Shown: one piece after another, positions 33,654 to 49,526 of the stretch
Position numbering within the stretch: the first letter of the stretch is position 1
How the letters are laid out: each line of letters begins with the position of its first letter
DNA from: the human T2T-CHM13v2.0 reference genome, Homo sapiens
Assembly: GCF_009914755.1 (NCBI RefSeq)
Contig: NC_060928.1
DNA length: 64,000 nt
Direction: 5' to 3' (one strand)
Notes under the pieces: generated by a model
What the model saw: the letters and a program-made list of their open reading frames with translations, nothing else
What the model was told of the DNA's origin: nothing
Database searches by the model: none
Program-made: the position numbers and the translations under genes

Positions 33654-34829
33654 TTAATAAAAAAAAATACTCCATTTTTATTACTTCAAAAAAACCGAGA
33701 GACCACCTGGTTTGCAGTTCCACTGAAGCTAGCAACAAGTGAGTTCTACAGTATGTTAGATAAAATTCAAAGCAACATTGGCCCAAAGACCTTTTGAAAA
33801 TTCTTACTGAAGTTGATTTTAACTCACATAGATTCCTAAAAGAAAAATCATTAAGTGATAATCATCAGTACATATGTTTTACAGATATATCACATTAGTT
33901 TAAAGAAACTAAAATTCTAAAAGACAACCTTCTTTACAAAAATGATTGCCAGGAAACTTGTATATTCACACATGCACAATGTTTACAAGGTATGATGTTT
34001 CTGCATGACATAATTTTTTTCATAAATATTCTGTTTATAACCATAAGATTAAGAAACAAAGTTAAGATGTACAGCTCATCAATGATGTCATGACATTCAT
34101 GGAACCTCTCTGTAAACCAAAAGCATAAAATGTCAAGGATATCCCACTCCAATGATAAGCATGCAATGAACTAAATAGATGCACATTGCAGATCTACACT
34201 GTCATCAATCCTCTGATAATAAATGAAACAAGTCAGCTACTTTACACACAAATCGTACATTAAATAGATGACAACATCTTTTTTTGCAGAAGAAGGTAAT
34301 TAGCAGTAGATAAAATTCAGTTATATTATTTAAGAATGTACAGCTTGAATTCAAGGCTGAATACAGATAACCTCTAAGATATAAGCTGTCTCAAAAAAAA
34401 ATGCCTCATCCTGCAGAGTATTGTTTAAGAGCAATACAGTTAGAACATGAGCATACTTCAACCAATTGAAGTTTGTTGAAAAAGGGTAAAGACTAGCAGA
34501 CATAAGAAAAAATATACGTTTGCTCTCTTAAAATTGACTCTGATGTAGAAGAGATGAACAAATATATTTTCTCTGCTAAAATTTTAAGTAACAACAATAT
34601 TTATTTGGAAATATTTCTTGTTTTATTTAGAAATTTTATTATAACACCTTAAAATACTACACAATATTGCAAATCTCATAGCACAATGATTAAAATGAAA
34701 AACTATATTAGACAAAACATAAAATTAAATAGCTTAGAATAAAGCTGCAATGTATTCGAGGATTAGATCCTATTCACACGGTCTTTAGAAATCTAATAAA
34801 ATTTGAACCAAATTCATAGATTAGTAATT

Positions 34830-35020
34830 GGGAAACAGATTACCTGGATCTGGATCCAAGTTGTAACTCTAGGTTATTTCTACTTCATGCTATTTTCAAA
34901 CTTATAAAATGAGGGATAATATCAGTACTATCTCAGAGGTTTGTTGTAAGAATTAGTTGCTACTTATATATACCTCTAATAGCTACTGAAATAGCATAAG
35001 GATTCATGAAATATTAGCTA
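34830..35020 (+). mobile_element. MIR
   Basis: TTATAAAATGAGGGATAATATCAGTACTATCTCAGAGGTTTGTTGTAAGAATTA. Confidence 0.65.
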
Positions 35021-36900
35021 CTGTTGGCACCATCATTCCTCACCGAAACTGAAAATATATATACTTTTCAGATCAAATCAATTTCATCTCTTTCACAACA
35101 GAGTTTTAGAAACATTTCTTCAATTTTCAATTCCACATTTCCACCTTCCTCGTTCTCTCTCATTCATACACCAATTCCACGTTTACTCCATCATTCTCTC
35201 TCATTCACACACAAAAGAACACACACTACCCACCACCACAATCACTAAATTTCAAATTTAAAAAAAGTGCAATCTTAACCCATAGTTACAACAAAGAAAG
35301 CATCTCCATAATTAATTAGAAAGTACACTAAGAAATAGATTCCAGGTTAGGATGGTAGGCTGATATTGCAATTACATATTTTTTCCTTCCTCATTTCCTA
35401 AAAACAAATTAGCAAAAAATAAATAAATAACAAAAAATAATTTTTAAAAATAATGAAACAATGTAAGGAATGCACCATAAATCACCAAACATTAAAAAAT
35501 TGGTTGCCAAGGGGAACAAAAACAAACTGGTTCTAGAACTGAGGGAGCAACAAAGCTTAGTTCTTAATCATGTCCCCATGCCCCCAAAGCAATATTGGTA
35601 AGTTGACAAAATTCTGATAATTTTCTTAACGCCTTCAAATACAGAGAGAAACAAACTGAGTAGGTAACGTTACCTCTTTCCTCTTCTACCTGGAGATGCC
35701 AGAAAAACTTACAGAACAAATACTGGTGAAGCAAGAAATTGAAAAATGCGGCTGATTCACTAAAACAGAAGTAAACTCGACTCTACTCTCTTAAATGACT
35801 GAGGGAAATGATTCAAAGCCTAAGCACATCTTCCCATGAGAACTGTCTATAGTCTAATGAGATAGAATGAACTTGGTAGAAAATATTTAACAAAATCTTA
35901 GAAAAAAATGAGGATTTCTAAGAAAGACTCCTCACCTATTTCAAATAAGCTCTTCCTCTTCATGATAGGCCATAGGATATTCTACAAAAATCAAACTGTA
36001 GCTCAGGAGAGGGAAATATTAGCTTTACACAGAGAATGGAGAGGGAAATAAGTCACTAAGATATCCTGTTGTCTAAGCCAACAGAATATCTGCACAGAGC
36101 ATTCTAAGAATGAACACAATGGAACAAAAAAGTATGGTAGTTATACAAACATATAGCACCAATCAATCAACAAATAAGTTAATACATAAATTTAAAATAA
36201 AACGTTAATATAGAAAAGACAAAACATCTGATGAAAAAGTATCTCAAGGAGTAAAAGAAAATTATTCATGATTATTTTTTCTAATGAACAACATAACAAA
36301 AACATAATGCAAATAAGATAAAACTCAAAATAAAGTGACTAAGGAAAGAGGCTGAAGTCCTAAATAAACAAAATTAGGAACAAAACATAAGCTTTATAGA
36401 CATAATAAATAAATTACAAATAAATATCCCGGACAAAATAAAACATTAAAAATGTACTTACTGGTGGAAAAATAAGGCTAAGGATCAAAGAAAGTCAAGC
36501 AACTAAGGAATAACTAATAGATGTGAAAGACAAACATATATCTAACATATTATTAAGTGTTACTAAGCAAGAAAAAACAAAATAAAGTGAAAGTGGTATT
36601 TCAAAGTATAATCTAAAAAATTTTCTAAGAACTGAAGGAAAAATCAGAATCTGCTGATTATAACAAGAAACTATGTCCCAGGATAATTTGATAAATAATG
36701 TTCAATACTGAACCATATTCCTCTTAAAGAATTTTTTGGACAAAGAAATCACAGGCAGAAGACACAAAAAGCAAATCAGAAATTAAGGGAAAATATCAGA
36801 CTGTCCTCTGAAAGCAACATTCAAAGTCAGAAGATAACAAAGCAATGTCTGCAAAGTTCTAAGGGAATTTAAGTGTTACCCAACAATATTAAGTCAAGCA

Positions 36901-38145
<1,245 letters not shown>

Positions 38146-40694
38146 AAGTTAAGCAGAATGCCATTCAAATATAAAGATAGCAGGCAAATATTCTTAAACA
38201 TGGAAGAACTTTAAGTTTACAACACATATAAGCCCCTTGTGGAAAAAGAATAACCATGAAATGCAGCCAATTAAGAACTGAGTCAAAAGAAAGAATCTGG
38301 AAATTAAGTTCCAACTAATAAAGTTGGGGAAAATGAAGAGTGAGTATTGAATTCACTTAAATAAAGAACAAATACTCAAGTACTATAAGAAATGTGATTA
38401 TAAACATGAATGTTATAAATTTAGACAATATGAAAATTAAAATATAACTAAAAATTAGGAGGTGAGGGGAGAGAAAATAAAAGGAACATACAAGTGACTA
38501 ATATCCTCAGCCTCCATAAGAGAGTGTGAATTGACATATGTAACATAAAAATCAACATCAGAGGAGGGCAGAGCACGATGGCAGAATAGAGGCCTATCCC
38601 GTTTGTCCACCCTGCTGCAACACCAAATTTTAACAACTATCTGCACATAGCAAAGCACCATCACTAGAACCAAAAATCAGGTGAGCGATCACAGTACTTG
38701 TTTTTAACTTCATATCATGGAAAGAGGCATTGAGGGGGGCAGGAGAGACAGACTTGAATCACTGATGCCACCTCTGCCCCATCGCCCAGCAGTGGCCATG
38801 CACTGCAGACAGAAACTGCACTTTGGGGAAGGAGAGCTCAACGACTGGAGAACTTTACATTGGTCTCAGTGCTGCCCTGTCAGAGCGAAGAATAAAGCTA
38901 TGCTGGGCTCCTTCCATAGAGGGAGCATGAGGACCAGCCCTAGCCAGAGGGGAATGACATATCCCAGGGGACAGAACATGAGTTTCTTGGCAAGCCTCGC
39001 CACGCAGGCTAAAGTACACTGGGTTCCTAGATAAACTTGAAAGGAAGTCTAGGACACAAGGACTGCAATTTCTAGGCTCCTCCTAGTGCTGGGTTGGGCT
39101 CAGGGCCAGTGAACTAGGGTGGCACATGACCTAGAGACACACCAGCTTGCGTGGCTAAGGAAGTGCTTGCATTAGCCGTGCCCTAACCCCAGGGAGTGAA
39201 GCTCATAGCAATGAAAGTTACTCCTTGCTTCTGCTTAATGAGAGGAGAGCAAAGAGTAAAGAGGACTTTGACTTGCATTTTGGATACCAGCTCAGCCACA
39301 GTAGGATAGGGCACCAGGCAGAGTCATGAGGCCCCGTTCCAGGCCTTAGCTCTCAGATGATATTTCATTTCTAGACACAACCTGGACCAAAAGTGAACCC
39401 AGTGCCTTGAAGGTAAGGATCCAGTCCTGGTAGGATTCATCACCTGCAGATTAAAGAACTCTTGGGCCCTGAATAACCAGCAGTGATAACGAAGGGAATA
39501 TACCATGTGTCTTGGGCTTTGAGACTTACTAGCTTCAGGGGTGACCCAGCATATTCCCAGCTATGGTGCCTACAGTGAAATACTACTAATGTTTCAGAAA
39601 AGCAGAGGGAAAAATAAAGGGAACTTTGTCTTGCATCCTATGTACCAGCTTGGCTACATGGGGGTAGAGCAATAAGCTGGCTCTTGGGGTCCCAAAGTCC
39701 AGGCTTAGGCTCTTGGACAGCATTTCCAGATGTGCTTTGGGACAGAGGGGAGCTCACTGACCTAAAGAGCGAGTCTCAGGCCTGGCAGCATTCATCACAA
39801 GCTGACAGAAGAGCCCCTAGGCTCTCAGTAAACATCAGTGGTGGCCTGAAGGAATCCCCTGTGGACCGGTGGTGGGGGTGGCCACAGGGAAAGGCAGCTC
39901 TGCCTGTGGAAAGTGAAGAGTAGGAAAGACTTTGTATTGTGGTTTGAGTGCAGGCATAATGACAGTAGAATAGAATATCAGGAAAATTGCTAAGCTGTTT
40001 AACTCCAGTCCCTGGCTCCCAGACAGCACTTTGGACATTCCCGGAGCCTGTGGGAACTCACGGCCCTGAAGGGAAGAAACTGGGGCAAGACCTAGTGCTG
40101 TGCAGGTTTCAGGTCTAACCCAGTGCAGCCCTAGTGGTGGTGGCCACAGACTTACTTGCATCACCACACCCCCAGTTGCAGGTGGCTCAGCAAAGAGAGA
40201 CAGACCCTGTTTGTATGGGAGAAAGGGAAAAGAACAAGAGCCTCTGGCTGGTAATCCAGATAATTCTTCCACATCTTATCTAAGACCACCAAAATGGTAC
40301 CTCTACGAGTCAGCAAAAAACACAGCCTTATTGGGGTTGGGGTCCAAGTCCTTTCAAATACCTGGAAAGCCTTCCCAAGGACAACAGTCACAAACAAGCC
40401 CAGACTGTGAAGACTACAATAAATACCTAACTCTTCAATGCTCATACACTGAAGAACATTAGCAAGTATAAACATCATCCATGAAAACATGACCTCACCA
40501 ATGAACTAAATAAGGCACCAGGAACCAATTCTGACGAAACAGAGACATATGACAACTAAGATAGTTAATTCAAAATAGCTGTTTTGAGGCAACTCAAAGA
40601 AATTCAAGATAACACAGAGAAGAAATTCAGAATTTTATCAGATAAATTTAACAAAAGGATTAAATTTTTTTTTTAAATCAAGCAGAATGAGTAG

Positions 40695-40857
40695 GGAGGT
40701 GGAGTTTACAGTGAGTTGATATCCCACCACTGCACTGCAGCCTGGGTGATAGAGCCAGACCCTGTCTCAAAAAATAAAATAAAATAAATTTAAATATATG
40801 TATATATATACATATATATATGTATATATATACACACACACACACACACATACATAT
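40695..40857 (+). repeat. 5'-truncated Alu with (TA)n(CA)n compound microsatellite tail
   Basis: Alu right-arm end, then TA/CA runs; AGCAGAA on both sides. Confidence 0.85.
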
Positions 40858-42395
40858 AGCAGAAATTCTATAATTGAAAAATGCAATAACATGCTGAAGA
40901 ATGCATCAGAGTCATCAGAGTCTCTTAATAGCAGAACTGATCAAGAAGGAAGTAGTGAGCTTGAAGACAGGCTATTTGAAAATACATAGAGGAGAGAAAA
41001 AGGAATAAGAAAAAATGAAGCATGCCTACAAAATCAGAAAACAGCTTCAAAGGGGCAAATCTAAGAGTTAATAGCTTTAAAGAAGAGGTAGATAAAAAGA
41101 GAGGGGTAGAAAGTCTATTCAAAAGAATAATCAGAGAACTTTCCCAACCTTGAGAAAGATATCAAATTCAAGTAAAAGAAGCTTATAGAACAGCAAGCAG
41201 AAAGAAGATTACCTCTGGGCATCTAATAATCTAAAGGTCAAGAATAAAGAAAGGATCCTAAATGCAGCAAGAGAAAAGAAATCACATACAATGGTGCTTC
41301 AATACATCTGGCAGCAGACTTTTCAGCGGAAACCTTACAGGCCACAAGAGTGGCAAGACATATTTAAAGTGCTGAAAGAAAAACACTTTTACTCTAGAAT
41401 AGTATATCCAGTGAAAATATCCTTTAAGCATGAAGGAGATAAAAAGACTTTCCCAGTCAAACAAACGCTAAAGGATTTCATCAACACCAGGCGTGTCCTA
41501 AAAGAAATGCTAAAGGGAGCTCTACAATCTGAAAGACAAGGATGTTCATGAGCAAGAAGAAACCATCTGAAGGTACAAATCTCACTGGTAATAGTAAGCA
41601 CACAGAAAAGCACAGGATAGTATTACATTGTAATTGGAGTGTATAAATAAACCAAGTAGAAAGACTAAATAATGAACCAATGAATAATAACTACAAAAAC
41701 TTTTCCAGACATAGATAGTACAGTGAGATAAAAAGAAAAACAACAGAAAGTTTAAAACTAGAGAGACAAAGTTACAGCATAGAGTTTTTATTAGGTTCCT
41801 TTTTGTGTGTTTGTTTCTTTATGCAATCAGTGTGAAGTGAAGTTGCCATTAGTTTTACATAACAGGTTATAAGATTGTGTTGGCAAGCCTTGTAATAACC
41901 TCAAACTGAAACAAATAAAATGGGTACACAAAATATAAAAAGCAAGAAATTAAATCATACCACCAGAGAAAACCACCTTCACTACAAGGAAGACAAGGAA
42001 AGAAAAAAGGAAGAGAAGTCTGCAAAACAACCAGAAAGCAAATAACAAAATGGCAGTAGTAAGTCTCTACTTATCAATAATAACATTAAATGTAAATGGA
42101 CTAAACTCTCCAATCAAAAGAAATAAAGTGGCTGAATGAATTAAAAAACAAGACCTAATGATCTGTTGCTTGTAAGAAACACACTTCACCTATAAAGTTA
42201 CACATAGACTGAAGATAAAGAGACGAAAACAGATATTCCAAGTCAGTGAAACAAAACAGAGCAGGAGTAGTTACATTTAATCAGATAAAATAGATTTCAA
42301 GACAAAAATTGTAAAAAGAGACAAAGACGGTCATTATATAGTGATAAAGGGGTCAATCCAGCAAGAGGATATAACGATTGTAAATAAATATGCAC

Positions 42396-42774
42396 TGTAT
42401 TAGTCCGTTTTCACACTGTTATAAAGAACTACCCAAGACTGGGTAATTTATAAAGGAAAGAGGTTTAATTGACTCACAGATCCATGTGGTTGGGAGGCCT
42501 CAGGAAACTTACAATCATGGTCGAAGGGGAAACTGGCACCTTCTTCACAAGTTGGCAGGAAAGAGAAGAGTGAAGGAGGAATTTCCAAACACTTATAAAA
42601 TCATCAGATCTCATGAGAACTCACTATTACGAGAACATCATGGAAGAAACTGCCCCCCAGTGATCCAATCACTTGCCTCCCTTGACACATGGGGATCATA
42701 GGTCCCTCCCTCAACACGTGGGGATTACAATTCAAGATGAGATTTGGATGAGGACACAGAGCCAAACCATATCA
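42396..42774 (-). mobile_element. THE1 (THE1D-like) MaLR solo LTR
   Basis: TGTATTAGTCC...CCAAACCATATCA; perfect 5-bp TSD TGCAC (42391-42395; 42775-42779). Confidence 0.92.
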
Positions 42775-42995
42775 TGCACCCAACACTGGAGCAACTAAAT
42801 ATATAAGGAAAATATTATGAGAACTAATGAGAGAGATAGACTCCAATACAATAATAGCTAGACACATCAAAATATCCCACTTTCAGCATTGGGCAGATCT
42901 CACGGACAAAAAAAAAAAAATCAAAAAAGAAACAGCAGACTTCATCTGTACTACAGAACAAGTGGATCTAAAGTTATTTACAGAACATTTCGTTG

Positions 42996-43301
42996 TTTTT
43001 TTTTTTTTTTTTTTTTTTGAGATGGAGTCTTGCTCTGTCACCCAGGCTGGAGTGCAGTGGCATGATTCTCAGCTCACCGCAACCTCCATCTTCCACGTTC
43101 AAGCAATTCTCCTACCTCAGCCTCCTGAGCAGCTGGGATTACAGGTGCATGCCACCACACTCAGCTAATTTTTGTATTTTTAGTAGAGACGGGGTTTCGC
43201 CATGTTGGCCAGGCTGGTCTCAAACTCCTGACCTCAGGTGATCCACCTGCCTCAGCCTCCCAAAGTGCTGGGATTACAGGTGTGACCCACCACGCCCAGC
43301 C
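42996..43301 (-). mobile_element. AluS
   Basis: TSD TATTTACAGAACATT (42975-42989; 43305-43319). Confidence 0.95.
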
Positions 43302-44965
43302 AGATATTTACAGAACATTGCATCCAGTAGCTACAGAATACACATTCTTCTCCTCAGCACATGGGTCATTCTCAGGAACAGACCATACGTTAGGTCACAA
43401 AACAAGTCTTAAAACACTCAAAAAACCTGAAATATCAAGCATCTTCTCTGACCACAATGAAATATAACTACAAATCAATAATAACAGGAATATTAAAAAC
43501 TATACAAATATATTGAAATTAAACAATATGTTCCTGAATCACCAGTGTAATGATGAAGAAATTAAGAATAAAATTGAAAAACTTCTTCAAACAAATGATA
43601 ATAAAAACACAACATACTAAAGCATACAGGATACAGCAAAAGCACTATTAAGAAGAGAATTTATAGCTATAAATGCCCGTGTCAAAAAAAAAGAAAATCT
43701 TCAAATAAATAACCTAATAATGCATCTTAAAGAACTAGAAAAGTAACAGTAAACTGAACTCAAAATTAGTAGAAGAAAAGAAATACTTAAGTTCAGAGCA
43801 GAAATAAATGAATTTGAAATGAAGAAAACAATACAGAAGAGTGATTAAACAAAAAGTTGGCTTCTTGAAAAGATAAACAAAATTGGCAACCTTTTAGTGA
43901 GACTAAGAAAAAGAGAAGATCCAAACAAATGATATCAGATATGAAAAGGGAGACATTACAACTGATACGGTAGAAATTCAAAGGATCATTAGTGGCTACT
44001 ATGAGCAACTATATGTCAATAAATTTGGAAAATCTAGAAGAAATGGATCAATTCCTAGATACATAAACCTACCAAGATTGAACCATTAAGAAATCTAAAA
44101 CCTAACAGACCAATAACAAGTGACAAGAGTGAAGCCTTAATAAAAAGTATCCCAGTAAAGAAAAGCCTGGGGCCAGATGGCTTCACTGAATTCTACCAAA
44201 CATTTTAAGAACTAATACCAATCCTACTCTAAGTATTCCAAAAAATAGAGGAGGGAAGAATTCCACACTAATTCTACAAGGCCAATATTACCCTGATACC
44301 AAAATCAAAGACATATTAAAAAAAGAAAACTATAGGCCAATCTCACTGGTGAATATTGATGCAAAAATCCTCAAGAAAATACTAGCAAGCTGAATTTAAA
44401 AATACATTAAAAAGGTCATTAATCATGACCAAGTGGGATTTATCCTAGGGGTGGAAGGATGGTTCAATGTATGCAAATCAATCAATCAATGTGATACATG
44501 ATATCAACAGAATGAAGGATAAAAAAATGATCATTTCAATTGATGCTGAAAAAGCATCTGATAAAGTACAACATCCGTTCATGATAAAAACCCTCAAAAA
44601 AAAAAAACGTGATACAAATGGAATATGCCTTAACATAATAAGCCATATATGACAGACCCACAACCAGTATCATACTGAATGGAGAAAACTGAAAGCATTT
44701 CCTCTAAGATCTGGAACATGACAAGAACATGTACTTTCACCACTATTATTCAACATAGAACTGGAAGCCTTAGCTAGAGTAATCCAACAAGAGAAGGAGA
44801 TAAAGAGCATTTAAATTGGAAAGGAGTAAGTCAAATTATCTTTATTTGCAGATGATGTGATCTTATTTTTAGAAAAACCTAGAATCCACCAAAAAACTAT
44901 AAGAACTGATAAACAAATTCAGTAAAGTTGCAGTATACAAAAACCAACATACAAAAATGAGTAGT

Positions 44966-45252
44966 GGCCAGACATGATGGCTCATGTCTATAATCCCAGC
45001 ACTTTGTGAAGATAAGGAGGTGGACTGCTTGAGCCCAGGAGTTCGAGACCAGCTGGGCAACATGGTAAAACCCTGCCTCTATAAAAAACACAAAAATTAG
45101 CCGGACATAGTGGCACATGCCTGTAGTGACAGCTACTCAGGATACTGAGGTGGGCAGACTGAGCCCAGAAGCTCAAGGCTGCAGTGAGCCATGACTGTCA
45201 CTGCAACCCAGCCTGGGTGACAAAGTGAGATCCCATCTCAAGCAATCAATCA
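44966..45252 (+). mobile_element. AluJ
   Basis: Full diverged Alu in L1 ORF2. Confidence 0.9.
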
Positions 45253-46328
45253 ATATCAGTAGCATATCTATATGCCAACAGTGAACAATCTGAACATGAA
45301 TTCAAAAAAGTAATCCCATTTACAATAGAAACATACAAAATTAAATACCTAGAAATAAATTTTACAAAAGTGGTGAAAGATCTCTATAATAAAAACTATA
45401 AATCACTGATAAAAGAAATTGAAGAGAATATAAAAAAATGGAAGGATATTCTATGTTTATGGATTGGAAAATCAATACTGTTAAAATATCCATATTAAAC
45501 AAAGTAATCTACAGATTCAATGCAATCTCTATCAAAATACTAATGACATTCTTCAAAGAAATAAAACAAAACCCTAAAATTTATGTGGAATCACAAGAGA
45601 CTCAAAATAGCCAAAGCTATCCTGAGCAAAAAGAATAAAACTGGAGGAATCAGATTATCTGACTTCAAATTATATTACTGAGTTATAGTAACCAAAACAG
45701 AATGGTATTAGAATAAAAACAGACACATAAACCAATGGAACAAAAAGAGGACCCAGAAACAAATCCACACAGCTACAGGAAATGAATTTTCAACAAAGGT
45801 GCCAAGAACAAACATTGGAGAAAAGACACTCTCTTCAATATATGGCACTGGGAAAGCTAGTTATCCATATGCAGAAGAATGAACCTTGATCCCTACACCT
45901 CACACCTTATGTAAAAATCAAATCAAAATAGATTAAAGACTTAAATCTAAGACTTCAAACTGTGAAACTACTACAAAAAAAACTGAGGAAACTCTCCAGG
46001 ACATTGGTCTGAGCAAAAATTTCTTCAGTAATACCCCATAGTCACAAGCAACCAAAGCAAAAATGAATAAATGGGATGATATCAAGTTAAAAAGCTACTG
46101 CAGAGCAAAGGAAACAGTCAACAAAGTGAAGAGACAACCCATAGAATGGAAGAAAATATTTGCAAAGCTACCCATCTGACAAGAGATTAATAAGCAGAAT
46201 ATGTAAATAACTCAAACAACTGTATAGGAAAAAGTAATAATCCAATTTAAAAATGGGCAAAATATTTGAATAGACGTTTCTCAACAGAAGACATATAAAT
46301 GGCAAACAGGCACATGAAAAGGTGTTCA

Positions 46329-46657
<329 letters not shown>

Positions 46658-46662
46658 TCAAG

Positions 46663-46961
46663 GGCCAGGCACTGTGACTCACACCTGTAATCTCAGCACT
46701 TTGGGAGGCTGATGAAGGCAGATCACTTGAGGCCAGGAGTTCAAGACCAGCCTGACCAACACAGCAAAACCCCATCTCTACTACAAATAGAAAAATTAGC
46801 CGGGTGTGGTGGCACAGGCCTGTAATCCCAGCTACTTGGGTGGCTGAGTCATGAGAATCGCCTGAACCAGGGCAGTGGAGGTTGCAGTGAGCCAAGATCA
46901 TGTCACTGTACTTCAGCCTGGGCAACATAGCAAGACTCTGTCTCAAAAAACAAAACAAAAC
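46663..46961 (+). mobile_element. Alu (Sz/Jb-like), copy 2 of tandem pair
   Basis: Full Alu, (CAAAA)n tail. Confidence 0.93.
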
Positions 46962-48099
46962 AAAAGATGCTCAAAATCATTGATCATCACAGAAATGCAA
47001 ATCAAAAGTACCATGAGATATCATCTCACTCGAGTTAAAATGGCTTGTATCCAAAAGTCAGGTAATAACAAACGCTGTCGAGGATGTGGAGAAAAAGGAA
47101 CCCACATACACTATTGGTGGAGTGTAAATTAGTAAAAACCACCATGAGAACAGTCTGGAGGTCCCTCAGAAAACTAAAATAGAGCTACCGTATGATCCAG
47201 CAATCCCACTGCTAGGTATATATCCAAAAGAAAGGAAATCAGTATATTGAAGATATATCTGTACTCTCATGTTTGTTGCAGCACTGTTTACAATGGCTAA
47301 GATTTAGAAGCAACCTATATGTCCAGCAAAAGATGAATGGATAAAGAAAATGTGGTACTTACACACAATGGAGTACTAGTCAGCCATAAAAAGGAATGAG
47401 ATTCTTTCCCATTTGCAACAACATGGATGAAAATGGAGATCATTATGTTAAGTGAAATAAGCTATGCGCAGAAAGACAAACATCGCATGTTCTCACTTAT
47501 TTGTGGGATCTAAAAATCAAAACAATTGAACTTTTTCAGTTGAACTCTGAACAATTGAACTCTGAGTTCAAAACAGTTTTACTCAGAGAGACAGTAGAAG
47601 GATGGTTACCAGAGGCTAGGAAGGGTAGTGAGGGTGTCACGGGTAGGTGACGATGATCTATAGGTATAAAAAAAACAGAACAAATGAGTAAGATCTAATA
47701 TTTGATAGCACAACAGGAGACAATAGTCAATAATAATTTAATTGTGCATTTTAAAGCAACTAAAATGGTGTATCTGGATTGTTTGTAACCCAAAGGATAA
47801 ATACTTGAAGAGATGGATACCCAATATTCCATGATGTGATTATTATGCACTGCATTCCTGTACCAAAATATCTCATGTACTACATAAATATATATACCTA
47901 CTATGTACCCACAAATATTACAACGAAAAGAAATAATAAAAAATCAATGACATAATTACACTGAAAATAATTAACTAAAATGGCTTGGTGGAATTCTATG
48001 TCAAAACTCATGTTTAAAAACTGAAGCCATCAACCTCTTAATTTTTTCATAATTTATTAACCTTCTATTCTTTCAGAAAATAATTTTCCTTTACTTAAA

Positions 48100-49480
48100 G
48101 AAACATTTCCTTGTTTTTTCCATAATTATTATTTTGCTAAATTTTATACAATACTGCAATAAATAGCCATGTATACCTATCTTTAAATACTATTATTTTT
48201 AATTCCTAACAGATATATTCACAAAAATAGGATTACTCGGTAAATGGGTATTTGCATGTTTGTGAGTGTCAATGTAATTTTTTAATAGCTATGACTATAT
48301 TGCTTTCCCTTAAGACTAAAAATGTACTTTCTGTTAACAATACAAAAGAACAGCATTGCCCATTTCATCTCCCTTATTCACTTCAACAGTACGTTATCAT
48401 TCTTTTTACTGTCTCTCAACCGAAGAACGGAAAATTGATAGATAATAATTTATCTAATTTACATAGGAATCCTTTTCATATGTTTACTGGTCACTTTTAG
48501 GTTCTTTTGTGAATTTCTTATTGATATCATCTGAGTTTCTGTCTATTGGGTTGTTTTTCTTATAAGAATTATTAGTACAGTGAATATATTAATCATTTAT
48601 CAGTCATAGGCATTATGTTTTTCCAAGTTGTTGATGGTATCTTTCCTCCACTTAATGTTATAGGTAGTAATAGATGTCTACTTTTTTATTTCTACTTTCT
48701 AAATATCCTACATTTTGGTTATCAAATTCACACATATGCCCAAGTTCTACTTTTACAGTTTTCCAAATATGTTTCTGAAGTATTTATCATGTCATCTTCC
48801 TCCCTATTGCTTATTTCATCTGGAAGAATTTTAATATATGCTGTCTTTTTAGTGATGTTTTAATTTCTGGAGAGGCAAGTATATCCCATTACTTTTTCAC
48901 AAATTGTAGGACTACATTAAAGCATTTATTTTCCCACATTAACTGAATATTTAAATATCCAAATATAATAGTTGTGTCTTAAATTTGTTATAAAGAATAT
49001 TTAAATGTCAAATCAACTCTACTGTTATTTTAATGGAGTGCTTTACTAATGGATATTGCACTGAGTTTACATACTGACTTGAGAAAAATGAACATTTTTG
49101 TGACGTAAAATTTTCTCTCTTTGGCTATAAAAGACAGTGTGGAGTCTTTTTTCCAGTTGGAAAACTGGAAAAATACAAGTAATGTTGGTATATTAAGTAA
49201 CAGCATCCTGCCAATGTTAATTTTCTGATTTTGATAACTGTACCAGATTAAGACAGAGAATGTGCTTAGGAAATTTCCACTGAAGTATTTTGAGGTAGAA
49301 GGGAATCCTGACTTTAACTTACTCTCAAAATTCAGAAAAACAAAGCATAAAGAGAAAGAGAATAAATGTCGTAAAAATTTAACAATCACAAGATCTGGGA
49401 GAACAGTGAATAGGAGTTCCTGCTTTATTCTTACAACTTTCCTGAAAGCCTCAAATTATTTCAAAACAAAAGACTGATTC

Positions 49481-49526
<46 letters not shown>

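Noticed and set aside
38717-40490. GC-richer ORFs resembling a gene or promoter island
   Set aside because: Lie in the L1 5'UTR; CpG-depleted, with no recognisable protein similarity
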